53,159 nt of DNA from Deltaproteobacteria bacterium (lineage in GTDB: Bacteria > Myxococcota_A > UBA9160 > SMWR01). The position numbers and the translations under genes were made by a program. Positions 10,063 to 17,747 of the stretch are shown one piece after another. Numbering within the stretch: the stretch's first letter is position 1; every line of letters starts with the position of its first letter. The notes under the pieces were generated by a model. That model was not told the DNA's origin and did no database searches. It saw only the letters and a list, made by a program, of their open reading frames with translations. The stretch covers positions 1 through 53,159 of the forward strand of contig JAQBHB010000111.1 of the NCBI GenBank assembly GCA_032128115.1, given 5' to 3'.

Positions 10063-11337
10063 ATGCCGGAGAGTGCGCGCGTCGTTCTGCACGCGGACAT
10101 GGACGCCTTCTACGCGTCCGTCGAACAGCGCGATCGCCCGGAGTTGCGCGGTAGGCCGGTGATCGTGGGGGGTACGGGCAACCGGGGCGTGGTTGCGGCG
10201 GCCAGCTACGAGGCGCGCCGCTTCGGAGTGCACTCGGCCATGCCCACGGTCGAGGCGCGAAGGCTCTGCCCCGATGGCATCTACCTGCGCGGCGACATGC
10301 AGCGCTACGCCCGCGAGTCGAGGCGCATCTTCGAGATCTTCCGGCGCTTTGCACCGCGGGTGCAGGGCCTCTCCCTGGACGAGGCGTTCCTGGATCTCGG
10401 CGGCACCGAGCGGCTGCTGGGGGCGCCGGCGCGGGTGGGCGAGGGCCTGCGCCACGCGGTGCGCGCCGAAATCGGTCTGGCGGTCTCGGTGGGGATCGCC
10501 CCGGTCAAGATGGTGGCGAAGATCGCCAGCGACCTGGCGAAGCCCGATGGATTGCTGGAAGTGAAGGCCGACGCGGTGCGCGCCTTCCTGGCGCCGCTTC
10601 CGGTGGGGCGCATCTGGGGCGTCGGCCCCGTGGCCGGGGCCCGACTGCATGCGGCGGGCTTCGAACGCGTGGGCGATCTGGCGCTGGCGGATGCCGATCG
10701 CGTGCGGGTCCTGCTGGGCGACTGGGGACTGGGGATCGCGCGCCTGGCCCGCGGCGAAGACCTGAGCGAGGTGGAGCCCTACCGCGACGCGGTGTCGTAT
10801 AGCGAGGAGAACACCTTCGGCCGCGACGTGAGTGACCGCGAGACCCTCGAGTCCACGGCGCGGGTGCACGCGGAATCCGTGGCGCGGCGCCTGCGCCGCG
10901 ACGGCCTTCGAGCCCGCACCGTGGTGCTCAAGCTCAAGCTGGCCCGGCGCACGGCGCCGGGACCGCGCGGTCATCCCCTGTGGACGCGCCGCGTCAGCCT
11001 GCCGGAGGCCAGCGACGACGGCGGGGAGATCGCCCGGTCTGCGTGCTCGCTGCTGGCGCGCGCGGGACTCGCGGAACCTGTGCGCCTGCTGGGGGTGGGG
11101 GTCACGAACCTGGTGCCGGGGACCGGCGAGCAGCTGGCCCTGTTCGATGCCTCGCCCGGCCGCGCGCGCCGCGATCGCCTCAACCGCGCCCTCGACGAGA
11201 TCGCCGATCGCTTCGGTTCGAGGGCGGTGGTGCGCGGCGGGTTCGAATCGGCGGAGCGCGCGGGACTCTCCCACCAGATCAAGCGCGGCGAGTTGCCGGA
11301 ACCGTTGGAACCAGGCGACCGATCGCGTCAGTCGTAG
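10063..11337 (+). CDS. dinB: DNA polymerase IV (Y-family)
   Basis: ATG 10063; motifs LHADMDAFYASVEQRD, AASYEAR, SLDEAFLD and AKIASDLAKPDG. Confidence 0.95.
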   Translation: MPESARVVLHADMDAFYASVEQRDRPELRGRPVIVGGTGNRGVVAAASYEARRFGVHSAMPTVEARRLCPDGIYLRGDMQRYARESRRIFEIFRRFAPRVQGLSLDEAFLDLGGTERLLGAPARVGEGLRHAVRAEIGLAVSVGIAPVKMVAKIASDLAKPDGLLEVKADAVRAFLAPLPVGRIWGVGPVAGARLHAAGFERVGDLALADADRVRVLLGDWGLGIARLARGEDLSEVEPYRDAVSYSEENTFGRDVSDRETLESTARVHAESVARRLRRDGLRARTVVLKLKLARRTAPGPRGHPLWTRRVSLPEASDDGGEIARSACSLLARAGLAEPVRLLGVGVTNLVPGTGEQLALFDASPGRARRDRLNRALDEIADRFGSRAVVRGGFESAERAGLSHQIKRGELPEPLEPGDRSRQS

Positions 11338-12845
11338 ACCGCATCGATCTGCCAGCGCTTGCGCACGTGGTCGAGTCGCAGCCTCGACACGATGCCATCG
11401 CTCGTCTGCACGTCGAAGTGGTCGTAGGCGAAGCGCTGCTCCGGCGCCCACCAGCCGCCGGTGATCCGCCAGGGGCCCGCCACGTGCACCACCTGGCCGT
11501 TGGCCACGGCGCTGCGGATGCGTTCGGGGAGACCGCGGTGCAGCCACACCTGTGCCGAAACCGGGGGGCGCAGGCTGCGCACGGCCAGGCAGCTGCGGGC
11601 GGGCGGGGGGGGCATCGGATCCAGGGCGCGCTGCTTCCGCAGGGGGAAGGGGCGCATGGCGAAGGCGTCGGGGCGGTGGTCGTCGGGAACTCCGGGCGCG
11701 CCCACCCGGTCGTTGCCACACAGAACCTGCAACGCAGCCAGCGTTTCGCCCAGTGCCGTGGGAGCGGGGCCGGCGGGCCGGAACAGGTCCAGCTGGTCGC
11801 GCTCCACGGCGCGGCCCTCGCTGGCCAGCGCCACGCCCACCACCGGCGCCCGGGGAGGCCGGGCCTCCAGGGCGTGACCGACGAGCCGCATCAGTACCCG
11901 CAGGTCGAGGCTGGCCGCCGCCACGCCGATGCGCCGCGCGTCGCGTCCCCCGCCTTCCAGGTGGAGATCCAGGAGCAGGTCGGCACACGCGCGCTGGCGG
12001 GCTTCGAGCCGTTCCAGCAATCGCGACAGCATGCCCTGCAGCACGAAGGTCAGGGGCTCCAGCCGGTCCATGGGGAACTCCAGGTCCTGGGCTTCCGAAA
12101 GCGGTCCACCGGCGGCAGCGGGCAGGGGAGGGTCGCCCTCCTGGCCGTTGGCCCGGGCCACGAGTCGCAGCACGTCGGGGCCCAGGCGCCGCGCCAGGGC
12201 GCGGCGGGGCAGGGCCAGGAGATCGCCCACGTTGCGCACACCGAAGCGGGTGAGTTTCTCGGCCACGGCGTCGTCCACGTCCAGGATGTCGATGGGAAGC
12301 CGAGACAGGAAGGCCGACTCGGTGCCGGCGGGCAGCACCCGACAATCCTCCGCGTTCGTCAGGCTGCGGGCGGCGATGTGCGCCACGCTTCGCGAAGAGG
12401 CGATCGCCACCGTTGCCGGAAGCCCCAGCTTCCCGGCGCGGGCCACCAGGGCCGTGGCGAAGCCCCGCTCCGACTGGAACAGGGACGACACGCCCGATGC
12501 ATCCACGAACACGGCGGCCTCTGCGGCGTAGACGCCCGAGGCGCGCGGCGCGGGGGCCGCCCGGGGAGAGCAGGCGAGTGCCGCGTCAAGCAGGGCGGCG
12601 CGCGCCGCGCGGTCCAGGGCTGGCGACGCGGTGTGCGCCACCAGCTGCGGGCACACCGCGCGGGCGTGGGCCAACGAGGTCAGTCGGCGCACACCCCGGC
12701 GCGCGGCCTCGGGAGATACCGCAACGAGTTCTCCGCGCGGGCCCGGGTCCGAGACCACGGCCCAGGGGCTTCCCCGCAGCTCCGGACGGGCCCGCAGCTG
12801 AGCGGCCAGCGGCAGCTCGGCGACCCGAAGACAGGCAGTGCGCAC
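11328..12845 (-). CDS. imuB: ImuB-like inactive Y-family polymerase (mutasome scaffold)
   Basis: Y-family-like fold lacking the catalytic DMD/DE motifs, with a Q.DLF clamp-binding-like motif (QLDLF). C-terminus GPWRITGGWW...W.IDAVYD. Lies directly downstream of imuA. Confidence 0.88.
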   Translation of the reverse strand: MRTACLRVAELPLAAQLRARPELRGSPWAVVSDPGPRGELVAVSPEAARRGVRRLTSLAHARAVCPQLVAHTASPALDRAARAALLDAALACSPRAAPAPRASGVYAAEAAVFVDASGVSSLFQSERGFATALVARAGKLGLPATVAIASSRSVAHIAARSLTNAEDCRVLPAGTESAFLSRLPIDILDVDDAVAEKLTRFGVRNVGDLLALPRRALARRLGPDVLRLVARANGQEGDPPLPAAAGGPLSEAQDLEFPMDRLEPLTFVLQGMLSRLLERLEARQRACADLLLDLHLEGGGRDARRIGVAAASLDLRVLMRLVGHALEARPPRAPVVGVALASEGRAVERDQLDLFRPAGPAPTALGETLAALQVLCGNDRVGAPGVPDDHRPDAFAMRPFPLRKQRALDPMPPPPARSCLAVRSLRPPVSAQVWLHRGLPERIRSAVANGQVVHVAGPWRITGGWWAPEQRFAYDHFDVQTSDGIVSRLRLDHVRKRWQIDAVYD

Positions 12846-12852
12846 GCGCGTC

Positions 12853-13524
12853 TCATGCCGCCCGGTGGGTGTGCAGGCGAAGTGCCGTGCTGCGCGCCAC
12901 GGGGCCGCTGCGGTGACGCATCAGGGCCACCTCGATTTCCAGCTCTTCCAGCAGGGCGGGGGTGCCCGTGAAGTGCGCCCGGGTGGGCTTCAGCTCGATG
13001 GCGAGATCCGCGCAGGTTCCCGCCACGCGCCGGGTCGAGAGCGTCACCAGCGCCGTGCCCGTGGCCGACGCGGCGCGCGCCAGGCGCTGCCAGGCCGCTG
13101 GCGCGATGGGCTCGTCCGGCGGGTCCAGCAGCACCAGGGCAAATCCGTGGGCCTCCAGCAGCCGTTCGCTGCTGCGCAGGGCTTCGCGCACCCGCGGCGG
13201 GCGCACCCACAACAAGTGGTCGAGCTGCACGCCGGCGGCCTGGGCCGAGGCCGGGTCGAAGGCATCGGCACCGTCCACCACGGCGACGATCTCGCCGCGG
13301 CGGGTGGCCCCGGCCAGCAGCGACAGGGCCAGCGAGGTGCGCCCCGACGAGAGTGGCCCCGCCAGCTCACTCAGCCGCCCGCGCGGAACCCCCCCTCCCA
13401 ACAAGCGATCCAGGTCCCCGATCCCCGTGGAGAGCCGTGGCAGCTGCCCCTGTGGCTCTCCCCCGCGCCGCAGCCGGGGCCCGAGATCACGCAGCAACGC
13501 CTCGACGACAGCAGATCGGGACAC
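12853..13524 (-). CDS. imuA: ImuA-like RecA-fold protein
   Basis: GTG 13524. LSTGIGDLDRLLGGGVPRGRLSELAGPLSSGRTS is RecA-like with a degenerate Walker A, followed by DAFDPASAQAAGVQLDHLLWVRP. Short (223 aa) and upstream of imuB. Confidence 0.88.
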   Translation of the reverse strand: MSRSAVVEALLRDLGPRLRRGGEPQGQLPRLSTGIGDLDRLLGGGVPRGRLSELAGPLSSGRTSLALSLLAGATRRGEIVAVVDGADAFDPASAQAAGVQLDHLLWVRPPRVREALRSSERLLEAHGFALVLLDPPDEPIAPAAWQRLARAASATGTALVTLSTRRVAGTCADLAIELKPTRAHFTGTPALLEELEIEVALMRHRSGPVARSTALRLHTHRAA

Positions 13525-13581
13525 TTCTTCATTTTCGTCTTTTTTTCGCCTCCGTGTCAATCCCGAAATACGGCCCGGCGG
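13522..13581. repeat. 60-bp direct repeat, copy 1
   Basis: CACTTCTTCATTTTCGTCTTTTTTTCGCCTCCGTGTCAATCCCGAAATACGGCCCGGCGG; 59/60 identical to 14826-14885. Confidence 0.97.
13531..13560 (-). promoter_or_regulatory. Putative imuAB promoter with overlapping direct-repeat operator (candidate SOS box)
   Basis: The minus strand reads TTGACA-N18-GAAAAT-N6-GTG. TTCGTC at 13534 and TTCGCC at 13545 give an 11-bp period. Confidence 0.78.
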
Positions 13582-14178
13582 AGCTGGGGGCGAGGGAGCT
13601 GCCAACTCGGGTCCTCGCCACAGTCCACACCGACACGCCTGGAACGCTTTGGGTTGGCCCGATGCGATCCCCATGGATTCTTGGAACGATTCGCCCTCCC
13701 ACCGGGTCTTCGGTGAGGTGAATCCGATCGAACCTCAAAGTCCGCACATGGTTCGTCGGTATCAGCCCACCAGCTCGTGGCTGAGTGCGGATGTATGCAC
13801 CCAGATCACCACCTTCTGCTTCGCCTAGAAGGCCACGCTCGACCTGCTGGATATGCCATGCAGCGTGGATCGTTCACCCAGTCTTCCTCGATTCGGAAGC
13901 TCTCAGCCGGATGCCGCAACGCCCGCGAGATGTCATCGCGAAGCTCCGGTGTCGTTTCCCACAGCCAATACGCATCTGGTTCAGCAGTGGGGTCAAATGG
14001 GTTAGATGGCGCACTCTGGGACTACTGTGCGATCCCTCCTCGCGCCGGGCTCCTCCCTCCTTCCGAAGCGTCATCGTACCAGAGCGCCCCATCCGGGACG
14101 GTTCGGAGCCGGGTCAACCGGGAGTGTGCGCTCGGTCGTCGTACCGGTATCCTCTGTTGATCCCCCGGGGAGAACATT

Positions 14179-14400
14179 ATGAAGGCCTGCTACCACGTCG
14201 AGATCGAGCAGGAAGAGGACGGACGCTTCCTGGCCGAGGTCGTCGACCTGCCCGGCGTGATGGCCTACGGCGAGACGGCCGACATTGCGCTGGCCCACGT
14301 CCAGGCGCTCGCGCTTCGCGTCCTCGCCGATCGCCTCGACCACGACGAGGGGCCGCGCGGCCCGGTGAGCGTCACCTTCGAGACCTCCGCCGCCGCGTGA
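14179..14400 (+). CDS. hicB: HicB family antitoxin (short form, no C-terminal DNA-binding domain)
   Basis: EIEQEEDGRFLAEVVDLPGVMAYGET signature; GGAG RBS upstream; 73 aa. Confidence 0.9.
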   Translation: MKACYHVEIEQEEDGRFLAEVVDLPGVMAYGETADIALAHVQALALRVLADRLDHDEGPRGPVSVTFETSAAA

Positions 14401-14612
14401 GCCGTTGGCGAGCGGCCAAGGCGTTGCGGGTCTTCGCGGCGCTCCGGCGCATCGGCTGGTTTGTCAAGCGCGAGGCCAAGGGCTCGCACAAGGTGCTCCA
14501 GCGCGAAGGCTTCCCCAACTTCGTCTGGGCTTTTCATGATCGCGATGAGATCGGGCCCAGGATGCTCGCGCGTATCGCGAAGCGGACCGGGCTCACGCCG
14601 GAGGACCTGTAA
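14397..14612 (+). CDS. hicA: HicA family mRNA interferase toxin
   Basis: GTG overlaps the hicB stop (GTGA). Sequence ALRRIGW...KGSHKVLQR...AFHDRDEIGPRMLARIAKRTGLTPEDL; 71 aa. Confidence 0.9.
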   Translation: MSRWRAAKALRVFAALRRIGWFVKREAKGSHKVLQREGFPNFVWAFHDRDEIGPRMLARIAKRTGLTPEDL

Positions 14613-14825
14613 CGCGATCAGGGCCAAGAACGCCTACTTCTCCAACTTGAATCGGTAAATCCCGGGCGTGCAGAGCTGAAGCGTGCCTTCACGCTCTTCC
14701 TTCGTTGCACGATCGATCATTCTGAGACTGGTAGATGGGGTTTCCGCCCCGCCGCGGAACTCGTCCTCCTCTCACGATGATGGCAGCGAAGTCCAGTATT
14801 CTCCCTCCGTCAAAGTCAGGGTCTC

Positions 14826-14885
14826 CACTTCTTAATTTTCGTCTTTTTTTCGCCTCCGTGTCAATCCCGAAATACGGCCCGGCGG
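14826..14885. repeat. 60-bp direct repeat, copy 2 (contains a second copy of the imuA promoter/operator)
   Basis: Offset 1304 bp from copy 1, with a single C/A mismatch (13530 vs 14834). Confidence 0.97.
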
Positions 14886-14923
14886 CGGTATGCTCCACGC
14901 GGCAGCCCGACGCGGAGGACCCC

Positions 14924-15232
14924 ATGGCGGCGTACGTGACGATGAACCACTTCCGCGTCGACCCGAAGCGGAGCGCCGAGTTCGAGGAGATCTGGCGCAA
15001 GCGCGAGACGTACCTGGACCAGGTGCCGGGCTTTCTGCATTTCGCGCTGCTGCGGGGCGAGGAGGGGCACTACATCTCCCATTCCACGTGGGAGAGCCTG
15101 GCTGCCTTCGAAGCCTGGACCGGTTCCGAATCCTTCCGGAAAGCCCACGCCCAGGCAAAAACCCCCGAAGGACTGCTCCAGGGTCACCCGAAGCTCGAAC
15201 GCTTCGAAGCGATCCTCGAACAGGCTTCTTGA
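14924..15232 (+). CDS. Antibiotic biosynthesis monooxygenase family protein (IsdG/HmoA-like)
   Basis: GGAGG RBS and ATG 14924; MNHFRVD...FEEIW...VPGF...W.S..AF.AWT.SE.FRKAH. Confidence 0.85.
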   Translation: MAAYVTMNHFRVDPKRSAEFEEIWRKRETYLDQVPGFLHFALLRGEEGHYISHSTWESLAAFEAWTGSESFRKAHAQAKTPEGLLQGHPKLERFEAILEQAS

Positions 15233-15260
15233 TCCTTCGGGTTTCCGGATCCTTCGGGTC

Positions 15261-15893
15261 TCAGGGCTGGATGCGCACGCGCCGCCCATCCAGGGCCAGG
15301 CGTCCCTGCGCGAACAGGCGGATCGCCTCGGGAACCAGGCGTCGTTCCAGCGCCTGCACACGGGCCGCCAGGCTCTCCGTCGTGTCGTCGTCGAGAACAG
15401 GGACCGATTCCTGCAGGATGATGGGCCCGCGGTCGTACTCCGCGTCCACGAAGTGAACCGTTGCCCCGCTCAGCTTCACCCCCGATTCCAGCACCGCCCG
15501 GTGCACCCGATCGCCGTAGAAGCCCTGGCCGCAGAATGCCGGGATCAGGGCCGGGTGGGTGTTGATGGCGCGCCCGTCGAACTTGCCCCGGGTCTCGAAG
15601 GGCGATAGGAAGCCCAGCAAGGCCACGAAATCGACGCCGTGTTCCTGCAGGGCGGCGTGGAGCGCGTCGTTGAACGCGGTCACGTCCGGGTGGGATCTGC
15701 GCGGAACGGCCACGGCCGGGATGCCGCGCCGGCGGGCGCGGGAAAGGCCCCCTGCCTTCGCCCGGGACGCCACCACGACGGCGATCTCCGCCGGCACCTC
15801 GCCTGCGTCGATGCACTCGGCCAGGTTCTCGAAGCTCGTCCCCTCGCCCGAGAGCAGCACGCCGATGCGCAAGCGATTCGCAGCCCCGCTCAT
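15261..15893 (-). CDS. purN: Phosphoribosylglycinamide formyltransferase
   Basis: ATG 15893 overlaps the metF stop. Motifs IGVLLSGEGTS, INTHPALIPAF and SGATVHFVDAEYDRGPII. Confidence 0.92.
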   Translation of the reverse strand: MSGAANRLRIGVLLSGEGTSFENLAECIDAGEVPAEIAVVVASRAKAGGLSRARRRGIPAVAVPRRSHPDVTAFNDALHAALQEHGVDFVALLGFLSPFETRGKFDGRAINTHPALIPAFCGQGFYGDRVHRAVLESGVKLSGATVHFVDAEYDRGPIILQESVPVLDDDTTESLAARVQALERRLVPEAIRLFAQGRLALDGRRVRIQP

Positions 15894-16747
15894 CCCGAAC
15901 GCAGGCTCTTGAAGATGCTGCGCGTCGCGGAGGACCGATTCAGGGTATAGAAGTGGATTCCCGGCGCATCGTGGTCCAACAGTTCGCGGCACTGCAGCGT
16001 GGCCCACTCCACGCCCACCTGCAGGGTGAGCGCGTCGTCGTGCTCCACCTCCGAGAGTCGTTCCTCGAGCTCGCTGGGGATCCGCGCGCCGCACAGGGAG
16101 GTCATGCGCCGGGTGCTCGAGACGCTCACGATGGGCATGATGCCGGGAACGATGGGCACCTGAATCCCCGCGTCGCGTGCGCGCCGTACGAACGCGAAGT
16201 AGTCGTCGTTGTCGAAGAAGAGCTGGGTGATCAGGAAGTCGACCCCGGCCTCCACCTTGCGCACCAGGTTGGCCAGGTCCTGCTCCGGACTCGGCGCCAG
16301 GGGATGGGTTTCCGGATAGCAGGCGCCGCCCACGCTGAATTCCCAGCGCGACGCGATGAAGCCCGCCAGTTCGTTGGCGTAGCGGAAGGCGCCCTTCGGG
16401 GCGTCGTAGTCCGGCGGGCGGTCGCCGCCCAGGGCCAGCACGTTCTCGATGCCCGCCTCGGCGAGTCGGTCCAGGGTCTGCCCCAGCTGCGCAGGCGTCG
16501 AGCCGATGCAGCTCAGGTGAGCCATGGCCGTGATCCCGATTTCCTGTTGAATCCGGCTCACCACCTCCAGGGTCTTGCTCCGGGTGGAGCCCCCGGCGCC
16601 CCAGGTCACCGATACGAAGTCCGGATCGAGGCGTTTCAGGTCCTCCGCCGTGCGATAGAGCGACGCGAAGCCCTTGTCCGTTTTCGGCGGGAAGAACTCG
16701 AAGGAGAAGACCGGGCGGCCTCGGATGAAGCGTTCCGAGATGCGCAT
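15890..16747 (-). CDS. metF: 5,10-methylenetetrahydrofolate reductase
   Basis: Motifs FSFEFFPPK, FVSVTWGAGGST, ITQLFFD and IHFYTLNRS. Confidence 0.95.
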   Translation of the reverse strand: MRISERFIRGRPVFSFEFFPPKTDKGFASLYRTAEDLKRLDPDFVSVTWGAGGSTRSKTLEVVSRIQQEIGITAMAHLSCIGSTPAQLGQTLDRLAEAGIENVLALGGDRPPDYDAPKGAFRYANELAGFIASRWEFSVGGACYPETHPLAPSPEQDLANLVRKVEAGVDFLITQLFFDNDDYFAFVRRARDAGIQVPIVPGIMPIVSVSSTRRMTSLCGARIPSELEERLSEVEHDDALTLQVGVEWATLQCRELLDHDAPGIHFYTLNRSSATRSIFKSLRSG

Positions 16748-16811
16748 GCCGCCAGTCTACCATTGACCTCGGGCTTCGGGGCCGCGAGACTGCGCCGGCC
16801 GGAGGTTCCGC

Positions 16812-17747
16812 ATGTCGATCCTGGTCTCGGGCTCCCTCGCGTTGGATCACATCATGGTCTTTCCGGACCGTTTCAAGGATCACATCCTTCCCGACAAGCT
16901 CCACATCCTGAACGTCTCCTTCAACATCGATAGCCTGGTGACGCACTTCGGCGGTGTCGCCGGCAACATCGCCTTCCACCTGCGGCTCCTGGGCGGCGAT
17001 CCGCTGATCCTGGCCACCGTCGGCAGCGATTTCGGCCCCTATGCCGAATGGCTCGATCGCCACGACATCGACCGGCGCGGCATCCACGTGCTCGACGACG
17101 TGCGCACCGCCCAGGGCTTCGTGACCACCGACCTGGACGACAACCAGATCTGGGCCTTCTACCAGGGCGCCATGGCCCGCGCCCACGAGGCACGGGTGGA
17201 CGACCTCGAGGGAGAGTTCGAGCTGGCCATCGTTTCGTCCGACGGCAAGCAGGCCATGCTGGACCACGCCCGGGCGCTCAAGCGTCGCGGGGTGCCCACC
17301 TACCTGGACCCGAGCCACGGCCTGCCCATGTTGAGCCGCGACGAGCTGCGGGAGCTGATCCAGGGCGCCGCCGCCTACATCGTGAACGACTACGAGTGGG
17401 CGCTGACGCTTTCGCGCAGCGGCTGCAGCGAGGACGAGCTGGCGAGCCTGTGCGGGGCGGTGGTGATCACCAAGGGCGAAAAGGGCTCGACCATCCGCCA
17501 GGGCGACGAGACCATCGAAATTCCGCCGGTGGCGGCGGCCCGGGTGGTGGATCCCACCGCCTGCGGCGACGCGTATCGCGCCGGGCTCCTGTTCGGTCGC
17601 GCGCGCGGCCTGTCCTGGGAGCTGGCGGGACGCATTGGCAGTCTGCTGGGTGCCTACCAGGTGGAGGTGGCCGGGACGCAGCAGCTCACGCTCGATGCTG
17701 CGGATTTCCGCGCGCGCTTCGAACGCGAGTTCGGCACCCGCTTCTGA
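16812..17747 (+). CDS. PfkB family carbohydrate/nucleoside kinase (adenosine kinase-like)
   Basis: ILVSGSLALDHIM, FGGVAGNIA, VVDPTACGDAYRAG. Confidence 0.9.
   Translation: MSILVSGSLALDHIMVFPDRFKDHILPDKLHILNVSFNIDSLVTHFGGVAGNIAFHLRLLGGDPLILATVGSDFGPYAEWLDRHDIDRRGIHVLDDVRTAQGFVTTDLDDNQIWAFYQGAMARAHEARVDDLEGEFELAIVSSDGKQAMLDHARALKRRGVPTYLDPSHGLPMLSRDELRELIQGAAAYIVNDYEWALTLSRSGCSEDELASLCGAVVITKGEKGSTIRQGDETIEIPPVAAARVVDPTACGDAYRAGLLFGRARGLSWELAGRIGSLLGAYQVEVAGTQQLTLDAADFRARFEREFGTRF

Larger units (their letters stand above)
13522..14885. mobile_element. Putative repeat-bounded mini-island carrying hicBA (no recombinase in window)
   Basis: Flanking 60-bp direct repeats, toxin-antitoxin cargo, and visibly more A/T-rich internal non-coding sequence. 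Confidence 0.55.

Noticed and set aside
8203..12345. 1380-aa minus-strand ORF and the 959-aa plus-strand ORF 8458..11337 as giant fusion proteins
   Set aside because: Their extensions are antisense shadows of dinB and pepF in stop-poor GC-rich DNA. The real starts are ATG 10026 (pepF) and ATG 10063 (dinB).
12853..13524. Calling this gene recA
   Set aside because: Too short, Walker A has Arg in place of Lys, RecA C-terminal motifs are absent, and it sits directly before imuB.
14606..14712. Possible integron attC site after hicA (TAAC...GTT)
   Set aside because: The end boxes are poorly complementary, there is no extended hairpin, and no integrase is present.
13522..14885. Repeats as a CRISPR array or IS terminal repeats
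   Set aside because: Only two direct copies 1.3 kb apart, with no spacer periodicity, cas gene, transposase or inverted ends.
15231..15260. Two GATCCTTCGGGT copies between convergent genes as a terminator or REP element
   Set aside because: The stems are very short with no U-tract, and no further copies were noticed; too weak to call.
15261..17318. 685-aa ORF suggesting a PurN fusion
   Set aside because: Only the last 210 aa are PurN. The upstream part overlaps metF in another frame and the kinase antisense.
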